IMG/VR virus record: IMGVR_UViG_3300011114_000118
Coordinates: 1 to 25,641 of that record
Length of the DNA stretch: 25,641 nucleotides
Origin: a virus
Lineage: Duplodnaviria > Caudoviricetes
Reading direction: 5' to 3' (one strand)
Of the stretch, positions 1 through 7,865 are shown piece after piece; positions within the stretch are counted from its first letter, which is position 1; the number at the start of each line of letters is the position of its first letter. The position numbers were made by a program, and so were the translations under genes. The notes under the pieces are model-generated. The model saw only the letters and a list, made by a program, of their open reading frames with translations, was not told the DNA's origin and searched no databases.

Positions 1-55
1 TTTCGGCAGGGTGTGAGCCATTTTGTAACCAAGAGGGCGGTGTCCGTAATGCCAT
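1..55 (-). CDS. Minor tail protein, 5' end only (runs off the window); MALRTPPSWLQNGSHPAE...
   Basis: Not in ORF track. ATG at 55 preceded by GGAG RBS just after the Dit stop codon; open to the window edge; position after Dit suggests a minor tail/baseplate protein. Confidence 0.7.
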   Translation of the reverse strand, partial: MALRTPPSWLQNGSHPAE

Positions 56-63
56 TTATGCTC

Positions 64-918
64 CTAAATGTAAGCCGAGTGCCATACTACACTAGCCTGA
101 GTAGTTCCAAAAAGCGTTCCCGTTCCGACAAAATAAAACTGATTATTGCCGGGTTGAGCAGAAAACCAATCGCCAGAAATTAGTAAATTCCGAGCAGGTT
201 GTCCATTCAATGTGATAAGTTTATTATATAAATCCACAACAAGAGCATCTGAACTAGAAAATGTCCCGACTAAATTTAGAGCCTTATTTTGTGTTTGATT
301 TCCCACAGTTGGGTTTGTTATAGGCCCTGTTATGGTAATTGTGGGATAAGTATCTGCCCACCCGTTATTTGTACTGGTTGTTGTAATGGTTGCTGAACCG
401 CCACCATAAGTCAAATTATATACGCGGTTATAAATACGCCCTGTGGGTGTGCTATAAGCCATTGTGGCGGTCTGTTGATTACTATTGTAATAGCGTGGGT
501 CTGGCGCAAATAATTCTAATTGTGATGTAATTTGTCCGTAAGTGTAATCAGGTGTAATAGTTGTTGTTAATCCGCGCACACGCACATCTATATATTGGTC
601 GCCAGTAGCGGTAGGTAATTTGAAATATAACGGAGTTGTGCCACTTGATTGCGGTAATAATACACTTTGTAATGTTTCATAATTTACTTGCGCCGAATTA
701 GTGCCATCTCCATAAGTCTGAATAATCATAGATAAATAGCGACCACCAAGAAAATCGCGACCTGTAAACATACCATCATTAAATCCGCGATTATCGTCTT
801 GATTACGAATTTGTGGCAAACTTTCCAAACCATCCACAGATAAAATTTGATATGGCGAACCTACACCGCCAAATATTTGTCCGTTAAATGAAAATGAATA
901 AACAGTTGTAAGTGTCAT
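64..918 (-). CDS. Distal tail protein (Dit, siphovirus tail component)
   Basis: 284 aa immediately after the tape measure gene (ATGA overlap); Dit-like motifs 'LELFAPDPRYY', 'NNGWADTYPTITITGP', 'PGNNQF'. Confidence 0.85.
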   Translation of the reverse strand: MTLTTVYSFSFNGQIFGGVGSPYQILSVDGLESLPQIRNQDDNRGFNDGMFTGRDFLGGRYLSMIIQTYGDGTNSAQVNYETLQSVLLPQSSGTTPLYFKLPTATGDQYIDVRVRGLTTTITPDYTYGQITSQLELFAPDPRYYNSNQQTATMAYSTPTGRIYNRVYNLTYGGGSATITTTSTNNGWADTYPTITITGPITNPTVGNQTQNKALNLVGTFSSSDALVVDLYNKLITLNGQPARNLLISGDWFSAQPGNNQFYFVGTGTLFGTTQASVVWHSAYI

Positions 919-3899
919 CGCGCTCTCATAGCCGCCGTGTGCATAGCAGAATAAACTTGATTTGTAGTTTCAACAGTAGAACCATATTTGATGGCATTTA
1001 ACATTTGTGTTTTAACTTGAATTGGGTCCACATAATCGGTATTAAAAGTCTGATTAATGGTCAATCCTGCCATAGATTTTTCTTCACCAGCACGGAATGA
1101 TGCCACGCTTCCATCTGCTGGAACGGCACGGGTTGTTGTTGCCGTTGTGCTAGTGGTTTTTGAGGTAACTCCCGAAGGGGATGTTGTAATCGTAGTTGTG
1201 CCTTTAGCGCTACTAGAAGCGGAAGATGCCGCACTAGCGGCAGCCGTTTGTGCGCTCGCTATAGCCGCTCTTAATGCCGCAATAGCCGCCATAGTAGAAG
1301 CAATAGCGCCTTTAATTTTGCCAAGTTTTTCATCAAATTCTTTAGCAATTTCATCAAGAGTTTCAGATAATTCTTTCCGCGCTTGGTCTGTTGCTTCTGC
1401 TAAATCTTTAGCCGCTTCCATTAAAGCATTATTCAAATCTTTATTGGCTTCTGCTAAAGTATCGTTTAATTGCTTATTTATTTCAGCCGTGCTTTCAACA
1501 AATTCTTTATTTATTTCGGCTAATGTGGCAATTAAATCGGCTTCTGCGGATGCTAACGCTTCATCACGGGTGCGTTCGGCATCTGCCATTTGTTCCGTAA
1601 ATTCTTTGTTAATTTCAACTTGTGCCGCCGAATATTCTTGCGCTTGTTCCGCTAAAAATATTGTTAAATCTTTTTCTGCTTCACGATAAGCCTTATTTAA
1701 TTCATCTGTGGCAAGATTTGCGCCTTTGTTCATCGCAGTTGCTAATTGGTCCAAACCTGTATTGGTTTGTCTTTCCATTGAAACAAAAGTATTTTGAAGT
1801 TCGCGGATAGTTTCGGGAGTTGCTTTTAATATGCTATCGGCTAATTCATTACCAACTTCTGGTCCTGCTGATGTAACTTGTTCTATAAATGTCTGGCTAA
1901 ACCCTAAACCAGCCAATTGAGAAGCGTTTTCTGCTAATCTACGCGCGCCATCTAATTTATTTTTTAATGCACTAAGCAATTCATCGGCAGTTCTTTTACC
2001 CGCGTCTGCCAAACCTTTGAACAATTCTGTAACGCTAAAGGAAGTGCCACTCTTATAAGCATCTCTCAAACGATTAACGGATTGTTCAACGATGGTTTGT
2101 AACTTTTCCGCATTGGCTTTATATATAGATTGAACTTTATTAGCGTTATCTTTTTCTAGTTTAGCCAAATCTTCTGCGCGTTTAGCGTTTAATTTGCCCA
2201 TAATATTATTAAAGGCAGTTTGTGCTTCTATTCTTTTTTTGCGCGCATTTTCTTCTGCTTTGAAAATAGATTCATCCCGTTTGCGTTCGGCTTTTAATAT
2301 ATCTTCCGAGTGTTTGGTTCGTGCTGCTAATTGTGTTTCACGATATTTTTCGTGCGCCTTAGCAACTGATTCATCGTGTTGTTTTTGCGCTTTGGCTATT
2401 GTTTCGTTATATTTCTTTTGAGCAGACTCAACTTTTCCGTTTAAGTCTTTTACAATTTTTAGATATTCGGCATTTTTCTTTTCTAACGCCGCTTTTTCTT
2501 TAGGGTCTAACCCACCACCTTTTTTGCCTTTACCGCCTTTGCCATCTAATTCTGGTATTTCAATACCTTTACCACCGCCAAATTTTATTGGCTTATTTAA
2601 TTTATCAAGATTAGCGGCAAGTTCTTTAGCCTTTTTAGATGCGCTATCAGCAAAATCTGATACTCCATCTAACCCTTTATTTATCAAATCAAGTCCTGAT
2701 TTGGCATATTTGCCAACACCGGGCAATTTAGATAAAGCGGTAAGTAAAAGTCTTAATGGCGTTGAAACTATTTTTAAGATTGCTTCATAAACTTTTCCGA
2801 CAATTGGGATAATAGAAGCAAATGCCGTCAATGCGGCTTTTGCCATAGTGATTACTATTTTACGGAACGCCTCAGATTTGTTCCAAAGCATTACAAACCC
2901 GCCAATAAGCAAAGTAACGGCAGTAAATATTAAACCAATTGGATTGGCTTTCATAGCGGCATTTAATGCCAATTGATTGCCAGTTAATAATGCGGTTGCT
3001 ATTTTTTGAGCCGTTAGTAACCCTGTTTGGATTTTTGTTAAAGCAATACTAACTTTTACTCCAACATTATAAGCGGCTAATGCCACAGTAATCGTTACAA
3101 CAACGCCAGCAAGAATTTTGAATACTTCGGAATTACGCTTAACAAATTCTATTGCTGAATTTATGCGTTCTAATAATGTTTTTAACATTGGCAATAAAGA
3201 TGCGCCTAAAGTTTCCGCAGTATTTGAAAATTGTTCTTTTACTATTTGTAATTGAACTGCAAAAGTTTTGGTTGCGTTTTCTGCCTGACTTCCAATTCTG
3301 TCGTTCAATTCTTTGAACGCTTTATCTATGGCTTCTGCTTTTGGTAATGTAGTATCCAAAGCAATACCAGCATCTTTGAACGCTTTGGCATTACCCGTGC
3401 TGGCTTTAGCCAATATACTTGATGCTTCTGCTAACCCTATATTTTTGGTTCTTGCTAAATCTGCTGATAACGCTAATAATGATTGTGATTTATCCAAATC
3501 ACCAGTAACGCGTAACAAAATTTCCAAACCTGCGGCGGCGGCATCATCAGCAAAACCTAATTGGATATAACTTTCTGCCAGTTTAGATACTTCTTCTCTA
3601 TTTTTAGCACTATTAACACCAACTGCCGCCATAGTTGCGCCAAGTTTTGTCATAATGACTTCGGCTTCCATTGCTTCTTTTATGCCAATGGCAGCAAAAC
3701 CAGCAAATGCCACACCCATTCCAATTAACGCACCTGTTGCCAATTTGGATGCTTTTTCCATTTTGGAAATTTCGTTACCCGCTTTATCGGCTTGTTTTTC
3801 CATCTTATCTAGTTCGCCATTAACCTGCTTAAATTCAGCAATAGCCTTATCTGCTAAGGCTTTAATCTCAATAATGGCAGGTGGTAAAAAATTAGCCAT
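915..3899 (-). CDS. Tape measure protein
   Basis: 994 aa, Ala/Lys/Glu-rich and helical; hydrophobic 'ANPIGLIFTAV' segment; long C-terminal coiled coil; lies between tail chaperones and Dit. Confidence 0.93.
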   Translation of the reverse strand: MANFLPPAIIEIKALADKAIAEFKQVNGELDKMEKQADKAGNEISKMEKASKLATGALIGMGVAFAGFAAIGIKEAMEAEVIMTKLGATMAAVGVNSAKNREEVSKLAESYIQLGFADDAAAAGLEILLRVTGDLDKSQSLLALSADLARTKNIGLAEASSILAKASTGNAKAFKDAGIALDTTLPKAEAIDKAFKELNDRIGSQAENATKTFAVQLQIVKEQFSNTAETLGASLLPMLKTLLERINSAIEFVKRNSEVFKILAGVVVTITVALAAYNVGVKVSIALTKIQTGLLTAQKIATALLTGNQLALNAAMKANPIGLIFTAVTLLIGGFVMLWNKSEAFRKIVITMAKAALTAFASIIPIVGKVYEAILKIVSTPLRLLLTALSKLPGVGKYAKSGLDLINKGLDGVSDFADSASKKAKELAANLDKLNKPIKFGGGKGIEIPELDGKGGKGKKGGGLDPKEKAALEKKNAEYLKIVKDLNGKVESAQKKYNETIAKAQKQHDESVAKAHEKYRETQLAARTKHSEDILKAERKRDESIFKAEENARKKRIEAQTAFNNIMGKLNAKRAEDLAKLEKDNANKVQSIYKANAEKLQTIVEQSVNRLRDAYKSGTSFSVTELFKGLADAGKRTADELLSALKNKLDGARRLAENASQLAGLGFSQTFIEQVTSAGPEVGNELADSILKATPETIRELQNTFVSMERQTNTGLDQLATAMNKGANLATDELNKAYREAEKDLTIFLAEQAQEYSAAQVEINKEFTEQMADAERTRDEALASAEADLIATLAEINKEFVESTAEINKQLNDTLAEANKDLNNALMEAAKDLAEATDQARKELSETLDEIAKEFDEKLGKIKGAIASTMAAIAALRAAIASAQTAAASAASSASSSAKGTTTITTSPSGVTSKTTSTTATTTRAVPADGSVASFRAGEEKSMAGLTINQTFNTDYVDPIQVKTQMLNAIKYGSTVETTNQVYSAMHTAAMRAR

Positions 3900-4330
3900 T
3901 ATCTATTACCTACCGATAGGTGTTTTTTAACAATACGCGGAGCAATCAAACGGAACTTTTGAAAGGCAGGGCGCATATAAGGAAATCCTTTCACGGCACT
4001 TGTTCCTCTCCACGAATTAGGAGAAAATTCTCCACCTACTTCTACCGCTCTGCCGTAGATTATTGTTGGCCCTACTATTGCTTCATACTTGGCAAAACCT
4101 GGTTGGCGTTTTTCGCCTCTAATGCTACGGCGTAAATTGCCTGTTCTATTCATAGGTGGCGCACCTGCCGTTGCTTTTTGTCCAACAGGTCGCCGACCTT
4201 TAATTTCTTCTTTAGATAACTGAATAAGGGTAACCATCATTTCATCTCGCGCATTTTCAGCGCCTTTAGCAACCGAGCCAGCGTATTTGGTAACCGCTTC
4301 TCTAACTTGCTTAAGATTTGATGTTATCAC
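3899..4330 (-). CDS. HK97 gp10-like tail completion/neck protein (start moved to GTG at 4330, 143 aa)
   Basis: Motifs 'PPMNRTGNLRRSI', 'YGRAVEVG', 'PYMRPA'. GTG at 4330 has AGGGTGG upstream; the track start at 4375 would overlap deeper into the frameshifted chaperone ORF. Confidence 0.8.
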   Translation of the reverse strand: MITSNLKQVREAVTKYAGSVAKGAENARDEMMVTLIQLSKEEIKGRRPVGQKATAGAPPMNRTGNLRRSIRGEKRQPGFAKYEAIVGPTIIYGRAVEVGGEFSPNSWRGTSAVKGFPYMRPAFQKFRLIAPRIVKKHLSVGNR

Positions 4331-4864
4331 TTTCCACCCTTTTAACAGTTGCCGATATGGATAAAAGCCAATCAATCAAATAAGCAGGTTGCTCATCTGT
4401 TTCATTTGGCGTCCAGCCAAATTCTTTAGCACACAAATAATAAACCCACTCATCATCTGGATACTCAAAGGCTTCGTGGCGTTCGCCACCTTCAAGTAGC
4501 CATTTTAACCTTTGGAGTCGCCGAAAGGGCTATCTGCATCCTTTTCAGTTTCAGGCGTTTCTGCCAATGAAGGGAAAATTGCCTTTTGAAACTCTTTGCT
4601 CAATTCTGTTAGATGGTCATAATCGGCAATATGTAATTCATCCAAAGATGAAATACGCACCGAAGGAATTGGTAAATCTAATTCCCAATTTTCCACCATA
4701 ATTGCCAATATGCCATCTGTTAATGAAAGTGCCGTCATAATGCCTTCATTAACGCCTTGTGTATTAGCATAAATCTTTTTGCGGTCTTTATGCTTTAACT
4801 CTTTAGGGTCGCGTAATGTAACTTTTGCTCCACTAATTGGTAGTTTTGTTTCTTTTGTAGCCAT
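4311..4864 (-). CDS. Tail assembly chaperone, -1 frameshift-extended form (lambda gpGT-like, 184 aa)
   Basis: In-phase slippery heptamer C CCT TTC at 4529-4523; the -1 frame stays open for 70 codons (RRLQRLKWLLEGG...CAKEFGWTPNE...NIKS*) to TAA at 4311 and has no upstream start of its own. Confidence 0.85.
4505..4864 (-). CDS. Tail assembly chaperone (gpG-like, 119 aa)
   Basis: Follows the tail tube gene; small helical protein with 'VENWEL..P......LDEL' pattern; GGAAGG RBS. Confidence 0.85.
   Translation of the reverse strand: MATKETKLPISGAKVTLRDPKELKHKDRKKIYANTQGVNEGIMTALSLTDGILAIMVENWELDLPIPSVRISSLDELHIADYDHLTELSKEFQKAIFPSLAETPETEKDADSPFGDSKG
4523..4529 (-). promoter_or_regulatory. Programmed -1 ribosomal frameshift slippery site CCCTTTC
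   Basis: X XXY YYZ pattern in the correct phase (AGC CCT TTC), five sense codons before the chaperone stop. Confidence 0.85.
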
Positions 4865-4965
4865 TGTATTCCTTCCGTTTGTGCCTTCCGTATTTTAATT
4901 ATAGGTGCTAGAGGGTGGGAGCAGGGAAGGCGTCTGCTACAACCAACCCCTCTAGCACTTTTTTT
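4865..4965 (-). promoter_or_regulatory. Structured intergenic RNA: long hairpin whose loop is complementary to the downstream RBS; also has intrinsic-terminator form on the + strand
   Basis: 11-bp outer stem 4905-4915/4948-4958; 5-bp inner stem AGCAG/CTGCT; mRNA loop ACGCCUUCC; two CGGAAGG copies downstream; T7 tract at 4959-4965 on the + strand. Confidence 0.65.
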
Positions 4966-4970
4966 CTGGC

Positions 4971-5957
4971 TTATGCGTAAGTGCCAGAAGCCTTTGCGTT
5001 TTGTAGAACCCATTTGATAGGCGCTAATCCACCTGATGCTCCAGCATCGGTAGCATTACCTTGTCCATTAAGTTCAATTGATACGCTAACAAAATCATCT
5101 CCACGGTCATAAACGGCGGCAGTATATGCGCCTTTAGTAATCGTGGCTTGAATTTGAACCGCAGTTGCTCCTGCGCCGTATGCCCAGTTCAACACAATTG
5201 CTGGCTGAGTATTGTTCAGAAAGCGTGTTAATTCAGCATCTGATGTCATTACAAACTTAATTGAGCCTGTAACTTCAAGTGCGCCAAGAAATACCTGATA
5301 TGGATTTTGTGTATTGGAAATGCCATAAATTGGAGTTACGGCACGCTTCATATCAATGTTTCCTTCCATTGAATATGAAACGGCTGAACCACCAATAGAT
5401 ACAGTTCCACGCCATACTGGGGTTGGCAAAACTGTGCTAAATGTTGGTGTTGGGTCAGATGTTGTGCTGGAAACCCAACCTGTGCTTTTAGCATCATATT
5501 CAAGCATTCCATCAGCATTAAACTTCAATGAGAAGTCGCTGAATTGGCAACCGGGATATTGGCGCACACCTACGGCATAAAAATCTGTTAGTGTGTAACT
5601 AATTGGTTGCGCATCTGCGCCTGATGTTAAACTGTTCAATAATGAAATTGTGTGAGTAAATGGAGCAGAAGCACCTGTTGTTGCTACTGCACCCATAATA
5701 CCTGCTAATGAATAGCCAATGGTGTCGGCAAATACTGCGCCACCAAAATCAAATGTTGAACGGCTACGACCTTGAATATAGTTGTAATTCATAGTGTTTG
5801 AACCGCGTAGTCCTTGGTCAAACAATGGGTCATAAATATTTACTGGCTTTAAACTGTCTTTAGCAACTGGAATAAAATCTGTTGCTGCTACTGCGGTTCC
5901 TTTTGTGGCTTCTTTTGCGATACCCACATAGGAACGGACCGAGGCTTGAACTGTCAT
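4971..5957 (-). CDS. Major tail (tube) protein
   Basis: 328 aa, beta-rich; N-terminal 'YVGIAKEATKGTAVAATDFIP' typical of tail tube proteins; lies between tail terminator and chaperones. Confidence 0.88.
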   Translation of the reverse strand: MTVQASVRSYVGIAKEATKGTAVAATDFIPVAKDSLKPVNIYDPLFDQGLRGSNTMNYNYIQGRSRSTFDFGGAVFADTIGYSLAGIMGAVATTGASAPFTHTISLLNSLTSGADAQPISYTLTDFYAVGVRQYPGCQFSDFSLKFNADGMLEYDAKSTGWVSSTTSDPTPTFSTVLPTPVWRGTVSIGGSAVSYSMEGNIDMKRAVTPIYGISNTQNPYQVFLGALEVTGSIKFVMTSDAELTRFLNNTQPAIVLNWAYGAGATAVQIQATITKGAYTAAVYDRGDDFVSVSIELNGQGNATDAGASGGLAPIKWVLQNAKASGTYA

Positions 5958-6136
5958 TTGTCACTCTCCTGCTTTAGTTCCGATGTTGTTGTTTTTATTG
6001 CTGGTTTAGCCGAACCTGCTGGGACAACATCAGGTGCGCTAAAGTTTTCTGGCGCTTCAAATTCTTCGCCTGGTTTAACAACTTGTCCAAGCGAAGGGAA
6101 CACGCGCTCATCTGTTCCGTTGTATTTGTATTTCAT
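5954..6136 (-). CDS. Small hypothetical virion-associated protein (60 aa)
   Basis: AAGGAG RBS; ATGA coupling to the tail tube gene; 'VKPGEEFEAP' motif common in small genes at this position. Confidence 0.7.
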   Translation of the reverse strand: MKYKYNGTDERVFPSLGQVVKPGEEFEAPENFSAPDVVPAGSAKPAIKTTTSELKQESDK

Positions 6137-6145
6137 TGGTGCTCC

Positions 6146-6634
6146 TTATGCTTGTATCATCTCGGTAACATCAAATTGGAGTTCGGCATATATTTCCGTA
6201 GCCCCTTCATTGGTTGTTGCTGGTTCACCGTAACTGCCATTTATAATAGGTTCTGCTCCTTGCCATACTAAAGTGCCACTTTGGTCGCCAAAGTTATGGT
6301 CAGAGCGTAATCTTATCTTAATAGCATCAACAAGTGTATCAAAGTCTGCCATTGACATACGCGCATCTGGTTGTAAAGAGTGCGTAAATATTTGAATAAT
6401 TACAGAATAATCAACGCGTTTCCAACCGTTAGTTGCTCCGCCTATTGCCAAGCGTGTTTCGTTTTCAGATTGAATAAAAATAATAGCCTGTGAGCGTGTT
6501 AATTGACCTGCTTGCCCGTTTTCTTGAAATTGTATTCTTTTAGGAAAACTGGTATGTATAACATTTAGATTCTCAATAGGTGGGTTTGCTAAAAATTGAT
6601 AAAGCGTATCCCGAACCCCTACGCGCCCTGCCAT
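6146..6634 (-). CDS. Tail terminator / head-tail completion protein
   Basis: 162 aa; alpha/beta pattern ending in a beta strand 'AELQFDVTE'; synteny before the tail tube gene. Confidence 0.7.
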   Translation of the reverse strand: MAGRVGVRDTLYQFLANPPIENLNVIHTSFPKRIQFQENGQAGQLTRSQAIIFIQSENETRLAIGGATNGWKRVDYSVIIQIFTHSLQPDARMSMADFDTLVDAIKIRLRSDHNFGDQSGTLVWQGAEPIINGSYGEPATTNEGATEIYAELQFDVTEMIQA

Positions 6635-7524
6635 TATCTAATCCTGCGATATTTATTAACCATATCCAAAGCAAGAGCAATTTCTCCGCCGTAACGATTT
6701 GCTCCCGTAGTTGGATTTGCTTGTGGAAAAGTAGTGATATTCATAGTCATTGAACTGTCGCCACGCACCTTAATAAAAGCCGTTGTAATCAGAATACAGG
6801 CTTGTTTAATTGCATTTGGTATATTACCTATGCTGGCGGTTGAAGTATGCGTATAGGTCAAAGCAGCCGTTAATGGCACGGTAGTAGAACCATAGGTGTA
6901 ATTACTTGCAACTGTAACTGTTTCAGAATTTGCGCCGTCATATATGCGCAATCTTTGATTAGCCAAAATGCCATCTGAGCGTGCCACAGTTAAACTAGAT
7001 GCGCCAGCCGTGCCACTAACAATTAAATTATTAACATAACCAGCAACATAAGTATATTGGCAATAAACTTGTTGGCGTGGTAATCCGTATCCGCCAAATG
7101 CTAATGGACCTGCCGATGAATAACTTACGGCAATATTGCTTAATGGGATAATAACTTGTTGTTCTTCAAACCAAGCCAAACTTGGGTCGGTAAGTGTTAT
7201 TAAATTATTTGGGTTAGTGCCGTATTGGAAATTTTCTAGCGCAATTATTGGCGCATTGTTTGGGTGTAACGCAATAAAGCCATCAGGCGTGAAACGGGTG
7301 CGCTGGGTTTCTGTGTATTTTTGCGCATTAAGATTTGCGTTGAAGTATTCATCCATATAAGAAGAAGCACGAAGAATAACATTTTGTAATTCAGCATCTT
7401 GCGCATTAGCATTACCGCCTATAACTAAATTGTTATAATCAATGCTAGTTGGCGCATTTTTATATTCATTTAATGTTATATAAGGCGTTTCAAAAAATGT
7501 ATTAGTAGTTGTCCCTACCGTCAT
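6634..7524 (-). CDS. Head-to-tail adaptor (HK97 gp6/SPP1 gp15-like) with inserted beta domain
   Basis: 'PYITLNEYK', 'ILRASSYMD', 'YTYVAGY', 'IPNAIKQACILI' match adaptor motifs; second gene after the capsid gene. Confidence 0.8.
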   Translation of the reverse strand: MTVGTTTNTFFETPYITLNEYKNAPTSIDYNNLVIGGNANAQDAELQNVILRASSYMDEYFNANLNAQKYTETQRTRFTPDGFIALHPNNAPIIALENFQYGTNPNNLITLTDPSLAWFEEQQVIIPLSNIAVSYSSAGPLAFGGYGLPRQQVYCQYTYVAGYVNNLIVSGTAGASSLTVARSDGILANQRLRIYDGANSETVTVASNYTYGSTTVPLTAALTYTHTSTASIGNIPNAIKQACILITTAFIKVRGDSSMTMNITTFPQANPTTGANRYGGEIALALDMVNKYRRIR

Positions 7525-7806
7525 TTAATCACCATCTCTCGCAATAGGCTTATCGTTTTCGTGCCCGCATCTACCGCACTTACGAAACCAAGAACCAAAG
7601 CCACATTCGTTACAAGTAAAGCCTATTTGATTATTTGTATGACCCATTAAGGATGCTTCAAATAATCCTTCTTCTTTCATTTGTTTAATGTGTTTTGGGT
7701 TTTCAACATTAATTGCGCCCTTTTTATCCCTGTTATATTTCACAACACCGCGTGGTGTGCGCACATCTATGCCTTGAACGCCTGTCGGTGCTATTAATCG
7801 TGTCAT
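7525..7806 (-). CDS. Hypothetical protein with C-terminal zinc ribbon (CNEC...CGRC)
   Basis: 93 aa; strong AAGGAGG RBS; two CxxC motifs. Confidence 0.75.
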   Translation of the reverse strand: MTRLIAPTGVQGIDVRTPRGVVKYNRDKKGAINVENPKHIKQMKEEGLFEASLMGHTNNQIGFTCNECGFGSWFRKCGRCGHENDKPIARDGD

Positions 7807-7817
7807 TTTCCCTCCTT

Positions 7818-7854
7818 ATATAAAGGGCGCGGCTGGTCAAGTATGCCGCGCCCT
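7818..7854 (-). terminator. Probable intrinsic terminator/attenuator after the major capsid gene
   Basis: 10-bp GC-rich stem AGGGCGCGGC/GCCGCGCCCT (7824-7833/7845-7854), 11-nt loop, short T/A tail on the mRNA strand. Confidence 0.65.
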
Positions 7855-7865
7855 CTATTTAATTA

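Noticed and set aside
1057-3930. Several + strand ORFs (up to 210 aa) opposite the tape measure gene
   Set aside because: Antisense shadows of a biased coding strand; no RBS or recognisable motifs. The same applies to all other + strand ORFs in the track.
4331-4375. N-terminal 15 aa of the 158-aa track ORF
   Set aside because: Overlaps the frameshifted chaperone frame; GTG at 4330 has the better RBS.
4795-5013. 72-aa minus-strand ORF across the tube-chaperone gap
   Set aside because: Overlaps two real genes out of frame and runs through the hairpin; no RBS or protein-like pattern.
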